Assembly (NCBI GenBank): GCA_026026165.1
Contig: JAPEUD010000012.1
Span: forward strand, 434,001 to 498,000
DNA length: 64,000 bases
Direction of reading: 5' to 3'
From: Sarea resinae
Taxonomy: Eukaryota
Shown: piece after piece, positions 25,779 through 38,883 of the stretch
Numbering within the stretch: the stretch's first letter is position 1
Layout: every line of letters starts with the position of its first letter
The notes under the pieces: generated by a model
Seen by the model: only the letters and a program-made list of their open reading frames with translations
What the model was told of the DNA's origin: nothing
Database searches by the model: none
Program-made: the position numbers and the translations under genes

Positions 25779-28094
25779 TCAGCCTTCCTCAAACACGGGT
25801 GTCAATCGAACACCGCCAAACGACCATCCTCCCACGAATTCGTCCGTCTCAAACTTCTTATTGATTACGATCCCTAACGACCCATCCAGTCCGACTTCAA
25901 CAGGAATGTCTCCCGCAACTTCGAACCAGCCCTTTCCCTTCTTCTGTCGGTATCGTCGGCGACCAAGGCGTACTCGAACGGCATTTGGGTGCATCAGTGC
26001 TGTGACAACGTCGGGAGTGATTCGAACGTCTAGATAGCGTTGCGTAAAGTTCGACGGATCAAATGGTCTGCCTGCCGAGAAGATCAGATCTGTCGGCGGA
26101 CTGACGATCGGCTTTTCCTCGCTACTGTTGCCATTGCCGTTTGCTGCTCCTTCATCCGTGACTGTGAATTCGGCCACTCCATCATCGTCAAACATCCCAG
26201 TCGGAAATTGGATGGGAGTTGGCGGAAAGGATCGTGTAGATAAGGAATTTGTGTCGTCATCAGCGCCCGTTTGCACGTCAAAAACGGAAAGAATGAAATG
26301 GACGTTGTATTTGCCCTGCGGAATGCCGGTCCTGAGTAATCGCAGGCAGATGTTATCCGCACGCACACAGGTTGTAACTACCGCTTCTTGCTTCTTTCCA
26401 TCGCCATCGAGGTCCTCAGCAACAGGATAGATCTTTCGGACTCGTCCTAAGGTGTCAACTTCCAATCCGCCCCTTCCAGAGGGACTGGTAGACCGTAATT
26501 CCTGCACGCTAGTGATATCTTCCGGCGAGACTTTCATGCCTAGCGGGAAGCCTGTTTTAAAATCAAGTTCTTCGTTCAGGAAACACTGGATGTTAGGAAA
26601 CTTCGGGTCTCGGTGTAGCAGTCCCTTCCCGTCGACCCCGACTCTGAAATTCGCAGCCCCTATCTCAACCTTGGGAGGTAAAGCGCCGAACCTGACCATC
26701 AGCTCCGCCACCCTGCTAGATCTGCGGATCTGCCGAGGCTCGTTCATGTATTGTGCAGTAAGAGAGCCCATCTCATTTTCTTTCATATATTCTTCTAAGG
26801 ATATGGCGGCCATGCCTCTGTCCACGTCAAATCGAACGTACTCGGTATGCGATTTAGAATAGGTCCTCTGCATTTCGTTGTCAACTCGAGCTGTGGAGGT
26901 AGCCATGCTCACGAGAGCAGAGGCCAGTGCTACGTCGTGCGAGAGCCCAAAAGGAAGCGGTATAGACTTCTGCACGGACGGAATGGACTGAAGGCCTTCT
27001 CAAAATCAGCACATGTAAAATTCAATGAAGCAGGGTATCTACCGGTCCCGACAGAAACAATCAATCCAATAGATCGCTTGGGCCACAGCGACGAAGCAAT
27101 GTAAGCAACCTCCTCACTTGGATTGTTGAACCCCACACCACCATCTAGATAAGTCATTCTAGGCGTGCCGAAAGTCATCTCCTCGAAGAAGGTTGGGGCT
27201 GCTGAAGTAGCGCGTAAAGCTTCCCATATCTTGGTATTGTGGTCGTTTGCATCGTAAGACGAGAATATGCGAGGTACTCCGAGGGCATTCTTCATGGTCG
27301 AGACGACGAAAGCTCGACATCCCCTACAATGTTCGCGCATGTGCACGGTATCAGTCCGGTGAAGTCTCCAAGTCGAACTCCTCGCGACTGGATTTCCGAT
27401 TGGATCAGTTGCGGCGTGTGAGATGTGACCATTTCGATGCTTTCCGGTTTTCGAGGACTTTGAAGCAGTACCATTGTCCAAGAGCTTTGCAGTTGAGACT
27501 CCGCTTGGGCTCCTTTGTAAAGGCGAGTTTGTGAGGGGAATCTCTCCTGTATCAGTCCATATCGTCTCTCCTGTTTCCTCCACCTCTTCGAACAGATTAT
27601 CGTCCCATAGAAGCTCATCCTCCTTGAATCCTAGCTTCTTCAGCGATTTCTTGATAGAGGCTTCCAGCACGGCGCCCGAAAAGCGATTGGGTCCTATAGG
27701 CAGCTTGGTACCAAATATTTTGATGCTCCTATCATGCTTGAATATCTCTTCAGATAGTTCGGCGTAGATTTTGATGCAGGTAGGTACGTCTTGGCGGAGC
27801 CGGCCAAGTAGAATCGCAATAATGCCACCGGTGGATGTCTGTCAGAGTTAGAGAGGACCTAGCACATGCAGACAAGTTGCTACTCACACCGCCGATGAGA
27901 TCAAAGTAATCACAAGGCTTCAATGCCGTGCTGTCGTTTTTTGGTCTCTTGTTTAATCGCTTCTCTTCGTTCGCAATCTTCTCCATCACCTCTCTCAAAA
28001 TGAGCAAGCTGGACAGGCCCCTAACCCCACCACCATCGAGAGACAGCAGCCGCAATGGCGCCACAGGATTGCGTTGCTCCTCCATGCGTTCCAT
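25779..28094 (-). CDS. Patatin-like phospholipase with about 300 aa C-terminal extension
   Basis: 3 exons (introns about 27887-27839 and 27042-26996). Oxyanion motif LSLDGGGVRG, nucleophile elbow GTSTG across splice 1, ALRATSAAPTFF, catalytic DGG (YLDGGVGFNNP), VSVGTG. Confidence 0.92.
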
Positions 28095-29117
28095 GACGTC
28101 TAGAGGATATCGGGAGAAACTACCGAGAATTGGGAGACTTTCTGAAGGTCAAGCAGCGGCCTATATATCAGTCATTGGGATTCAGGGAAACGGAAGCAAG
28201 GTCGATCAATGCGAAGAGAGGGTCTTCCATTTCATCATGTTATGTACATTGGTCAGAGAGGCAGCCTCGGGGGCCATTACTCAGTGGAAAGACATCCTGG
28301 GATAAAGAGCACCTCGCTCAGCCTTGGTGGTCGGCGGCGGAGAAGATACGTAAGACCTGAGTGGTCACACAAGCGCCCCAGGGGGGTACTCATAGTACTC
28401 CGTATGCAATTTTAGGCTGCAACCCCGGGGGCTGAAGAGCCAACACGAAGACGGATCTCATAGCCTCTTTCTTGGGAACTGTAAGACGCCTCATGCTTCT
28501 CGCCATGAGTAATCCTCAAGTTCCATCGTGAAGCAGGAGCGCATGACTAGAGAGGTAGAGCCCAGTAGGTGAATCATGGCTACTCAGGTAGGTTGCCTAC
28601 CTTAAGGTAAGGTGTTAGGTAGTATTGACGCCGGGAGCTGACAAGCGACACCAGTTCGCCCTCATGTTCTCCACTGCGATCAGTATCTCGGCCCGGTTGC
28701 CGCTCGGCCCCCATCAAATTCAGGGTTCAAAGTAGGGTTCAAAGGCTCCAGCTCGCAGGACAGAACCGAGCGGGGATGGGCCAGCGCTCAACATGATTGG
28801 CATCTCATTCCAGGTTGTCTACATCGTACAGCCACCACGAGGCCGTACTTTTAGCTCGATGAGAATTTCCAGCTCGCTGACCCATCAGCCCAACCATGAC
28901 GGGTCCTAAGAGATATGCTTCCTTTCTATGTGGGCAATTCCTCGAGTCTGCAATGCACAATAGAAGACTTCGGTTGGTCATGGCGATAGAGCAAGGCCGC
29001 AAGAGCAGCATACGGCCCCCCGCTAAGGCCAAACACCATAAACAACCACTTTCTCTCTCTAAAATGATATGTCTAGTGTTGCGGCTCTAGGATCGGCCAC
29101 CATCAACTCAATCGTCC

Positions 29118-29813
29118 TCACGCCGCTTCCCACGAATCAGGCCTGGCAAATCGCCAAACGATCGCATCTTGAAAGCCCAGCAGAGGCGAGTTGAAAGCCC
29201 TTTCTCTCCGCTCCACGAATCGAAATCCAACTTTCTGCAACACATTCATGCTCTTCTCATTGTCCGGATATGTCTGTGCCTCCATGAAATCGAACCCTCC
29301 CTCTGCCTGTGCCGAAGGGACTTGTCGGAAGTAGTAGGGTAAGAAGGCCCTCAGAGCCTCAGTGGCATATCCTTTCCCCCAATAGTCTGTATGGAGACAA
29401 AACCCCACGTGTGGGATCATGGGTGCGGCAAGGATGCCAATCACTTTCATTTTGTCATTGTCCTCTGCGATATCATCTCCTTTCGCCGTCTCGGCATCAT
29501 CGTGTCGCTCCTCGATGACGAGGGTGAACGCCTGGCCGTTGCCGACCCGCTCCAGCATATCGCCTATCCAGACTCTGGCATCCTCGAGAGTAGTGGTTAA
29601 AGTTGACCTAAGGTGGACATAAGCACATAGTGGCTGGCGTTCTTCTATGCTTGCACGGCATCTCAGATAGGCTATGGTGCTCTCTTACGATGTTCTCAAT
29701 ATGGGTTCCAGAGACCTTATCGTGTAGATTTCCGGGAGATCTTTAGGGTGAATGGTGCGCAAGTGTAGCCTTTCGGTAAGTATAACAGCATTCTTGTCCT
29801 GAAGGTGGGCCAT
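29118..29813 (-). CDS. GNAT N-acetyltransferase, RimJ/RimL type
   Basis: ATG at 29813, exon 1 MAHLQDKNAVILTERLHLRTIHPKDLPEIY..., one intron (about 29688-29608), then VGFCLHTDYWGKGYATEAL and NEKSMNVLQKVGF. Confidence 0.92.
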
Positions 29814-30162
29814 TGTGACAGAATCTCTTGGAATCCCTTTTCATCTTCACAAAGCACTTCCAAAGAGAAGTCCCGATCTTTATATATTAGGCAATCATGC
29901 GGAATGTAACTTTCGAATATGGAACTCAGTATTGCCCTTGTCGCTCCGACGTGGCAGTAGTAAGATCCAAGCTACAATGGAAGCTGACTGCAGTAGACAC
30001 AGAATGCGAGAGCCGCCCCAAAAAAGAAAGGAATTGCTAGAGTACAAGGGATGGCGTTGTTCGCTAATTAATGGACACAAGTCGCCGCTGGAGGCACGAA
30101 TTGCGAGCTACCACTTAAAGAGGGAATCCAGTAGGATATTGGGTACCCGATTCCATCATCGG

Positions 30163-31021
30163 TCATCCTTTCTTTGCCTTCTCCACACTCTCTCTCCCCT
30201 GGCTTCCTTTCTTTTCTTTTCCTGCAATATCAACGCCGGCATGGACGCATCCAGCCAACGGATCGAGCTCGCTCTCCGCACACGTATACGGCGACTCATA
30301 AGGCCCAACCCTATCAGGTTTACCATCATCACCACTTACAGCTCTTTCGAGACTGTCGAGTGCTTTTCCGACTCCAACTGCCGCGGTATTGGCAATACCA
30401 ATGGTTGCGTCGACAGGGATTCGAAGTGCGGAACTCAGTGCTGAGCTCATGGCAGCGGCGTTGGTGTCTGAACTGTCGTCTTCATCTGATCCGACGGAGG
30501 ACGACTCTTCATTGATCTCCTTTGTGGTGGCCTGAACGCCCGTCTTCTGTTCAATCGTCAGAACATCTCAAACGCCCCCGAAACTCTTTTATGACGGTAA
30601 ACAAGACGATATAATAGAAAGGAAAACCAGCATACGTACATGCTCGGCCCCTTTTCCGTTATGCTCCCCCTTGTCGTTGACTTTCTCAGTTGAGTTGACT
30701 GTTGAGGTCCCCGGTGGCGCGGGATCTTCTGTTGCGAAATGCAGTCCGTCCTGTTATGACATGGTGAGTCCAAGTCTCTCTGATGGAATATAGCTCAGCT
30801 CCCCAACGGGAGATACGCACTCCATCGTCATTGCATTCGGGATTGGTATCCTTGCTGTTTGCTGCTGCTGGCGGGGGCGGCACACCCGTCTTGTCATCCT
30901 TCTCTTGTACCCCTGGTCCCGTGGGCCTAGGGTTCATGTTCTCATCGTGATGATGCTCGATCTTCTCATACGTGATCATTACACCACCTGGACCTTCTCC
31001 GATCTTCTTTCTATCCGGCAT
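30163..31021 (-). CDS. Hypothetical hydrophilic protein, 3 exons
   Basis: ORFs 30686-31021 and 30163-30450 join in frame via two phase-0 GT-AG introns (donors GTGCGT and GTACGT) and a middle exon DGLHFATEDPAPPGTSTVNSTEKVNDKGEHNGKGAEH. No recognisable domain. Confidence 0.6.
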
Positions 31022-32565
31022 TTCGCTTCAATCACTTTGTTGATGAGTCGAATTGTACGGAGGATGGGTGGGGAAAGTAACACAACTTTGCTCGCAGCAA
31101 GCTTTTTGAGACGTGTTTTATGATGAAGACAATTACAGAGGCGTTGCTGTTTGCTTCATTGTTTACCACCTGAGCTATAGTACCTACTTAGCTTGTTTAC
31201 GTGAACATGTGCACGAGGAGAGAAGTTCCTCTCTTTTTCTCTCTAAGTTGGGGCAGCAGTTGTACACAGATGAAGGGCTGCTTCCCGTTCCGAAAATGGC
31301 AGTCGTGCTTCACTTTTTTCTGGTCGATCTCTACGTTTTCTTGCGCCTTGGTATGCGTGCACAACTCATAGCAATTCATGTCAACAAGTAACTAGACAGG
31401 GCTTGGGTGACCAATTCCCTCTTCCCAAACTTGCGTCATCTGCTCTCGCGACCATTTCTGTTTACCACATAATTGCACAGCAGAGACGACCTCTTCACTA
31501 CGTCAAGATGCAAGCAAGCAATCACCGTTCCAACAACTATTTTCCTGTGAGTGTTATTGCCCAGGTATTGAGGCTTCCGAGGTGTTTTCGCCCATCATGC
31601 TGTCCAGGACTCTGTGCTGCTGCCACTCATTACAGCACATGATCCTGGCAAAGCAGGGATATCATATGTCGCCAGCCGATAGGCAATCAAACAATCCCCT
31701 CAATACACGAATGACTGACAGAGCCGACAGCTCGGAGGAGCACGGTGATACGCTCAGGCGATTTGGCGGACTTGACCAAAATCTACTCTCTCCCACTCCG
31801 CAGTTCTCTCCACCATGTAACTCAATGGGCAATGCAGATCCGTCATTGTCGACTCGAAGAGCAATCAAGCCTTCATGACGATGCTTTTACTCGCAGGCGG
31901 ATTTCTGCACCTGAACAGCACCATGACCTGCATGATACCCGCTACGATGTCCTGAAAGATTTAGCAAACCACAAGATGGGAGACAGATGGCCACGCTCAC
32001 TTAGGGTAAGGAATGCTTGTCCCCCGCTCTGCGAACTCAGCTGGCAGCATTACTTTGCGGTTGCAGCTTAGGCCACTGATCGAGCATGCTCTCCTGTACC
32101 TATAGTCAGCATCGTAGTACGACACATACTTGACGAGTCGATCTCCACATAAAGGAGCACCGAGGTCTTCGTCAATTGACTCGTTCGATTGCCTCATTGG
32201 ATTTCTCATGCCTATGCTGTCTTTGCCTGCAAAAATTCGAGATAAGGAACAAGTAGTACTATATCACAATATCACTGAACCTCTCGAGTACTCCCTAACG
32301 AAGATGATGAATATTCCCTTCCGAGGCCATCATTCACCCCCCCCATAGGCACAGTCGCCGAGAGAGTCCAAGCCACTACGTCGCTTCCATCTATAGTGAT
32401 GCTGGCGCCTATCTCCGACCTGATTCACGCGCATTCGAGCGAGCCACGAATCGGCCCTTTTACTACAGCCGCAACACCCGGCGGTCGCATCATCATCGAC
32501 GCAGCAAGCTGGATGCAGGGGGGGAGGCGGAATCGAAGCTAGACGAACCGAGCTTTGGGGAAACG

Positions 32566-33387
32566 ATGGCAGCAACCTTGGATGGCCTGAGACGAGCTTC
32601 GGACTTTTACTCCCGTTGCAAGCTCGACTTTGACAAGGAGACGATGGGGGTCAGAGGCTATGCCGATCGCGAGATCTTGGACCAGTTGTGGATACTCCGT
32701 GCGAAGACTTTCGGGAAGAAGGACAAGCAACAACAGCAAGGAAGTCATGGGCTTTGCGGCATGGGAGAGGAATTGCTCGATCTTCTGACCCACGCATCGT
32801 TCGTTTCAAAGCGAGAAGAGCAACGTCAAGCCGAGAGGAGAGATGTGCGAAAATTTGGAGACTATTTGGAGACCTATCATCTTTTTGCGAAGGAGTTGAA
32901 GAAGGCGTCTCAGGCACTGGCAGCTTTGATGCCAAACGCGTGCATTCTTCGAAGAGATATCCCGCAATTGGGGAAAGGACTCAATCAGTTGCTAGCCATT
33001 CTCGAGAAAGGCCAGGATGTCTGGTCGTACAAAGGTGATAGAGATATGTCTCGAGGGAAAGGAAGAAAGCATGTGGCTGGACGGCAAGCGGGGAACAGGG
33101 GCCCCGGGAATGAAAAGAAGTTGAACGAACAGATCCACGCCCATGGTAGTTCGCAGAATGACCTGTTGGAAGAAAACTGGGAGGTGGAAGGGGCGGAAGG
33201 CGATGCTGGCGGCTGGAACAATGACGGCACTGACTGTGATGATCAGGGACATGGAGATGAACATGGCGAAGCTGGTGATCTCGAAGAAGACGGCGAAGGC
33301 CACAACCCTTCCGAAGCGGAAAAACAATGCAAGTCCACCTATATTTTGAAACTCGGATGCCACGAAGATAATGCTAAAGGGTTATAG
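32566..33387 (+). CDS. Hypothetical protein with helical core and acidic C-terminal tail; 5' end uncertain
   Basis: 273-aa ORF. The same frame stays open upstream to about 32311 without an ATG, suggesting upstream exons. Confidence 0.55.
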   Translation: MAATLDGLRRASDFYSRCKLDFDKETMGVRGYADREILDQLWILRAKTFGKKDKQQQQGSHGLCGMGEELLDLLTHASFVSKREEQRQAERRDVRKFGDYLETYHLFAKELKKASQALAALMPNACILRRDIPQLGKGLNQLLAILEKGQDVWSYKGDRDMSRGKGRKHVAGRQAGNRGPGNEKKLNEQIHAHGSSQNDLLEENWEVEGAEGDAGGWNNDGTDCDDQGHGDEHGEAGDLEEDGEGHNPSEAEKQCKSTYILKLGCHEDNAKGL

Positions 33388-33476
33388 GGTGATGACATGG
33401 CTACCTCCACGGGTGAACCATATCACGAGCGTGGAAAATGCAGGGATCTTTCATAGTTTACGACTTTCAATGATAT

Positions 33477-34798
33477 TCAATTTGTTAGGCCTGGCCAATC
33501 TATACGGATAAAAATTAGTGTGCAGGCCTATGAGGAGGCTTGTAGCAGACTCACCAAATACAGTTCTCTCCTCGTTGTGTCGTGTTACATTTACCTCATC
33601 ACCCACCCTTATATATTTAGCGGCGTCTCCTTCCTTTAAGAAGCCATATCGACCGAAAATCGGGCTATACTTCGTCCCCTTATCTACCCGCCGATCCCGC
33701 ATCAGCAGCTTTAATACCTTTCCCGCCTCACCGGTCCCAGGTTTTCCTGTCTCATAGTCGATGTTGATGCTTTTGCATCGAGCACAATTATGTGTGAGAT
33801 GGATAGTGACAGTGTTGTCTGGCACGCCAACCGTGCTGCCCTCTGTACTTTCTTTCCTTCTTCCGCCTTCATTCATTCCGCCGTTGCAATCACTTTTTCT
33901 TAAGAACTTAATTTCGCCCCAAAAGTCCTCCTCGAATGCGGCTGAGGCCCCCGAGACGATGATATTTGGTCGAAACTTGCGGATGTCCATCTCTTGGTCT
34001 TCAGGCAGGCGCGCTGAAACGCTTGCTAGCGACGTCTCCGATACGACGAGGAGCTGGGCACAGTCTGTGAACGTAAGGTCATCTTGCTTTGTCATTTCGC
34101 CGTTCACAGTGTTTGGATAGCGCATGAATGGAATTGAGTCGGTAAAGCTGGAGAGCCACGAGGATCCGCCGCTTTGTGATTTTTTGGTTGCAGCATTGGG
34201 CGAAAGGGTCCCCAAAGCTTGCCGTCTGTTGGAGCCTATGTATGCTAGGATGACTTCATATCCTAGGCATGATGAGAACCACGCATTGTACTTATCGCTC
34301 ATGTTGTACGCCACGGTGGGGCTCTTGTGCATCGTCACTTCCAACTGCCCCAGGCTAGCTAATTGAGGCTGCAGAGGCACCTCTATTGATTCCGATGTCG
34401 GTTTAGAGCCTGGTGGCTTATATCTCAGGACAATCTTCCCATCAGTCGCTTTGGCAGAGCTTGGGAATTGGATGTCTGTGAGAAAAAGCGCTAGGTCTGG
34501 GAATTCGGCGATGTGCATATTTTCTAGTCGCCGTTGCGGCTTTCCCTGTTCATCATACTCATCATGCACTTTCAGCAGCATAAACCTTCGGTCGTATGCG
34601 AGTCCCTGTTCCGAGAGCTGGGCTTGGCTGAGCGGGACGCCTCGGAGGGCTTTGATGGGGTAGGTGTAGATCTGGAGGAAGAGTCTCTTCGTCAGTCTGA
34701 TCACGACGCCATGAGGTTCGGGAGACGGGGAATATCGAAGACCGTGGAGATATTACCTGACTGATCTTCATGATGGGAGAGCTCTGGCTGGTGGGCAT
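33477..34798 (-). CDS. MOSC-domain protein (mARC-like molybdoenzyme family)
   Basis: MKISQ|IYTYPIKALRG across intron 1 (alternative start 34771), DRRFML, KFRPNIIVSG, EEDFW, conserved Cys in NCARCKSINIDY; final exon DWPGLTN* after a 3' intron. Confidence 0.92.
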
Positions 34799-35875
34799 AT
34801 ATGAGAGTTGTATGAGTGTCCCATCGAAAAGGTCAATTGCGTCTAGATGGAAGCGGCCTTATGCTGTACAGCTCTGCACTGTATTATCATCACGGGAGTG
34901 TCATGTTTGAAAGTAACAAGAGCGGGTAAGGTATCTACATGTGTCAGACAAGACAAGCTCTTTGGTGGCTGTCTGTCATCGCGGATAGTTTTGCCTACCT
35001 AGGTAGATAATCGCGCCTTTGATTACATTGATGTCGATAAGATAAGCGGCGAGGGATCTCCAGCGGGGTAGAGGGGTTCGGCCATCAGGGGCCCTCGGCC
35101 TGGAGTAGTATCGACTACCTAATAGTACGTGGTTAGAGCCCTAAGTCGATGTACGAAGCCGTTTTGGAGTGCTCTCTCTTCCTATGCGTGATTCACGTCA
35201 ACTGTCGAGCTAGATGTGGTCCTGACAGAATCAGAACGGTTTCTCAGCCACGTTCCAGGGAGGAAAATCGATCGGTCTTCCCCTTTCCAGCAAGCCCTGA
35301 CTTTGTGAGCTCGATGGACGAGGAAAGACTCCTGACTGCTGGAAGATATCGTTCGTATCTATGGCTGACATAATCATCGCACGCGGCCGCCCGGCCCGCT
35401 GGTGTTTCCCCTTCCTAAACCATTCGAGCGCGGGGGATAAGCGCTAGTGCCACAATCCAGTCTACCGCAGTAGCTGCGTCATTATTATCCTACGATTTTT
35501 GCACCAAGCCCGGAGTTTGGGAACGCAATGGAGTTGAACGGGTGGAGTTTAAGCTGAATCTTGCTCTCAGAGCATGAACGGCCGGCTTTTGCTTTTGCTT
35601 TGGTCCTTTGCAAATTCTGAACTGGTGCGGTTTGGGCAACATTGGGGTGGAATCTTACTCTCGTAAATCCGATGAGATGTCCGAGCTGGCGAGGGAAGGC
35701 ATAAAGACCCCTCTTCCCTCTCTTCTCTGTTTTCCACCTCTCTTCGTTAACAACTTGCATCCTATCGCCATAGTCGACTATACATTCTCCCCCAGACATT
35801 TGACATATCAATCAAATCAGCGCACTTGCCTAATTGAAGTCTGCTAGTCGCAATTCCACTTTCGAAACTGAAATT

Positions 35876-37197
35876 ATGGCACCATCTCTCCCCAAGACTT
35901 TCAAAGCCGCCCGCTTCCTCGAAGCCGGTGCTCCGCTTACCATTGTCGATGTGCCCCTCGTGCAACCATCTACGGGTGAAGTACTAGTGAAAGTTCTGGC
36001 CACAGGCGTTTGTTACTCTGACGTCCATGCCCAGCATGGGAGTATGGGGTCTGGATTCCCGCGGACGCCTGGACATGAGACCATCGGGGATGTGGTTGCC
36101 GTAGGCGAGGGTGAGAAGAAGTGGAAGGTTGGGGACAGAGTTGGAGCTCCGTGGCATGGAGGACACGATGGTACGTTCTGCTCTGCGCTACCCTAGAGGC
36201 TAGGCGCGCCAATATCAAGGAATTATTAGGCTGGCAAAATGCTGATGATGCAATTTAGGAACTTGCAAGAAATGCCAAAAAGGCCTGTTCCAGATGTGTG
36301 ATAATGAGACCGTCAATGGAATTTTCAGGGACGGAGGCTGTACGTTCATTTTACCCGTTTCTAAACCAGCTCCTGTCTATCATACCCTGTCTGAAGCTAA
36401 TTGCTTCATTTTCGACGTCCAGACGCAGAATACGTCCTCCTCCGTAGCGAAGCTACTGTCCGCGTTCCCACCTCCGTCGATCCAGCCGCTTACGCGCCCA
36501 TCCTCTGTGCCGGTGTCACCGTCTTCAACAGCATTCGCCACATGCATGTCATGCCCGGCGAGATCGTCGCCGTTCAGGGAGTTGGTGAGCAACCCACACT
36601 TCACTTCGATGTTCTTTAATCGAATACCCCCGGCTAATGAGGATTTTAGGGGGGCTTGGCCATCTTGCCGTTCAATACGCAGCAAACATGGGCTATCGCG
36701 TTGTAGCGCTATCGAGAGGCTCAGATAAAGAGAAGGAGGCGAAGGAATTTGGGGCGTCGGAGTATATAGACCAGAGCAAGGAGGACGCGACAGAAAAATT
36801 GCAGAGCATGGGTGGTGCTGCGCTGATTATTTCGACGGCGCCGAATCCGAAGGTGATATCGCCCTTATTGGGGGGTTTGGGAGCGGAGGGGAAATTATTG
36901 ATCCTTGCGCGTGAGTTACCCCACTGATCTGACTTGCATTGAAGGAATAAGCTGATCAAGAGTCACACAGCGTGCGGAGAAGTTCCTATTAATACCTTCG
37001 CCATAATTCCGAAGGGCATCTCGGTCCACGGTTGGCCTAGCGGTCATGCCAATGACTGTGAAGAGGCGATTGCGTTTACGCAAGCCAATGGAGTTCATAC
37101 GATCGTGAATAAGTTCCCACTTGCTGATGCGCAGAAGGCTTTTGAAAATACCGTGGCTGGGAAGGCAAAGTTCCGTAATGTGTTGGTCATCGGTTGA
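35876..37197 (+). CDS. Zinc-dependent medium-chain alcohol dehydrogenase
   Basis: 5 exons. GVCYSD, PGHE, HDGTCKKCQKGLFQMC structural-Zn cluster, LCAGVTVFN, Rossmann motif VQGVGGLGHLA. Confidence 0.95.
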
Positions 37198-38883
37198 GAT
37201 TTTGCTTTCTCCGAAATGGCCCCTTGTACACGGTGGTTCAATCAGGTCGAGCTGGCCAATGCTATCTCCAGATGTCAAATTTCAGCTCAATTAATATCGT
37301 ATGTCTCCTCAAGAACGAAAAATTCACTGAGATTTAATCCTTCCCGAGTCTCATATCTATCAAAATATGATTGTATTCAGGCGGACTTCTGGACCCATCT
37401 TACCACATGTTCATGTTGTCCTCCATTAACACAGTTTTGCGTTAGCCTGTCGATGTTTCCCCTTTCGTAACACCTAAATACCGCATTGATGTTTTCGTAC
37501 TTTGCTCTCTGCCAGCATTGAGGGTCGGTTGGGTATCGATACTGGCGAAGCTATTCCTCACGCTTCTAGACGTCAAGAATGATGGTATAATCATCGCTAA
37601 CGAACACAATCCCAATTTGTGTTGCATTGTCTGCTGATGACGACGTCTTCAGGATTGCCGGAGCTGAGGGGTCGGCGGCCGATGATATCTGGAGTAATCG
37701 AGGATATTCCGGGTTGTCCTGGTAGTGGTGCGAGGGGTAGTGTTGATATTGATTGATTGATCAGTAATTGAATCTTGGTGGCGCACAGGCTGTGCAGACC
37801 TGCTGCAGCCATTGCCCCTTTCTTAATATTGTACTTTTTTAACGGACCTCCAGGGCTTCCTACAGCTTGGATCCCTTTCTTCGTTGTGACGTCTTAGCGC
37901 TGATCTCGACGGAATCTACAGATGTGCGATCCTGGGGATATTACGGCGCTAATCAGGATGGTCGTGGTTGGAGTGCTCGAGCTCGGTGAGAATTCTGAAT
38001 TGAAAGTTGTTGGCGGTTTGCGCTGGAGAACTGGACCAGGGCATTTGACGTGGCAGCCTCAAGTGCAGGATTGGGAAAGCAGACTGCTTAATCCTTGAAG
38101 CTATCGTACGGTAGCTTCTGGTACTTCGACGATAGATGCAAATCCAGCCTACAGATTTGCCTCAGTGCAATACTTCCTCTAGCCATCAAGCCTTCTCTAC
38201 CTTCAACTATTACGCTACTAGGGTTTCCAAGGTGAAGTGACAGAAGTGTGTGTACAAGCGGAACTCCGTGCTCTCACACCGCTGCCAATTACTACCGCTA
38301 TATATATAAGGCGCAATGGCCCTTTTGGGAATACAACAAGGCTAATATTGAAATCTCTCATGGGAAGATAAACTCCCTCGGGGTGTCAAGGCTTTCGACT
38401 GTGGTCACAACGACTGAGCAGCACTCCTGAAACATGGCCCCAAGTTCCAAACAAAAACCTACTCCCTGCACGCAAATAAGACAAGACATGGATACCTATT
38501 GATAAGATTCCAGGTTTCTCCCAGGCGATAGCTAACACTTCATCCCGGTGAAGGATGTTAAGGTATATGTTCAGTGCATCAACCTCGTCAGGCCAGTAGC
38601 TGGGGTGAATCTCCATGGTGAAGTATACGGGTGCAGAATTCTATGCGCTATCTCGCAGTTGAGCAGGTAATGATGATATCGATGTGCCTTTCGCTCTACC
38701 GGTGATCATAAAGCTGAAGAGCAGAGAACATCTTCCTGTCTTATACTCATCCTCACAACGACATTTCTCAATCACTACACGATCGGGGGCTGATTACAAA
38801 AAGCTGATTTCTTTGTCATAAGCTCCAGACTGAAGGCCAAACACGACGAACGACAGAGCTATCTGTTCTTTGAGAAGATCATC

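Noticed and set aside
37440..38620. Possible pseudogene fragments between ADH and the deamidase-like gene
   Set aside because: Short ORFs with no identifiable domain or consistent splice model.
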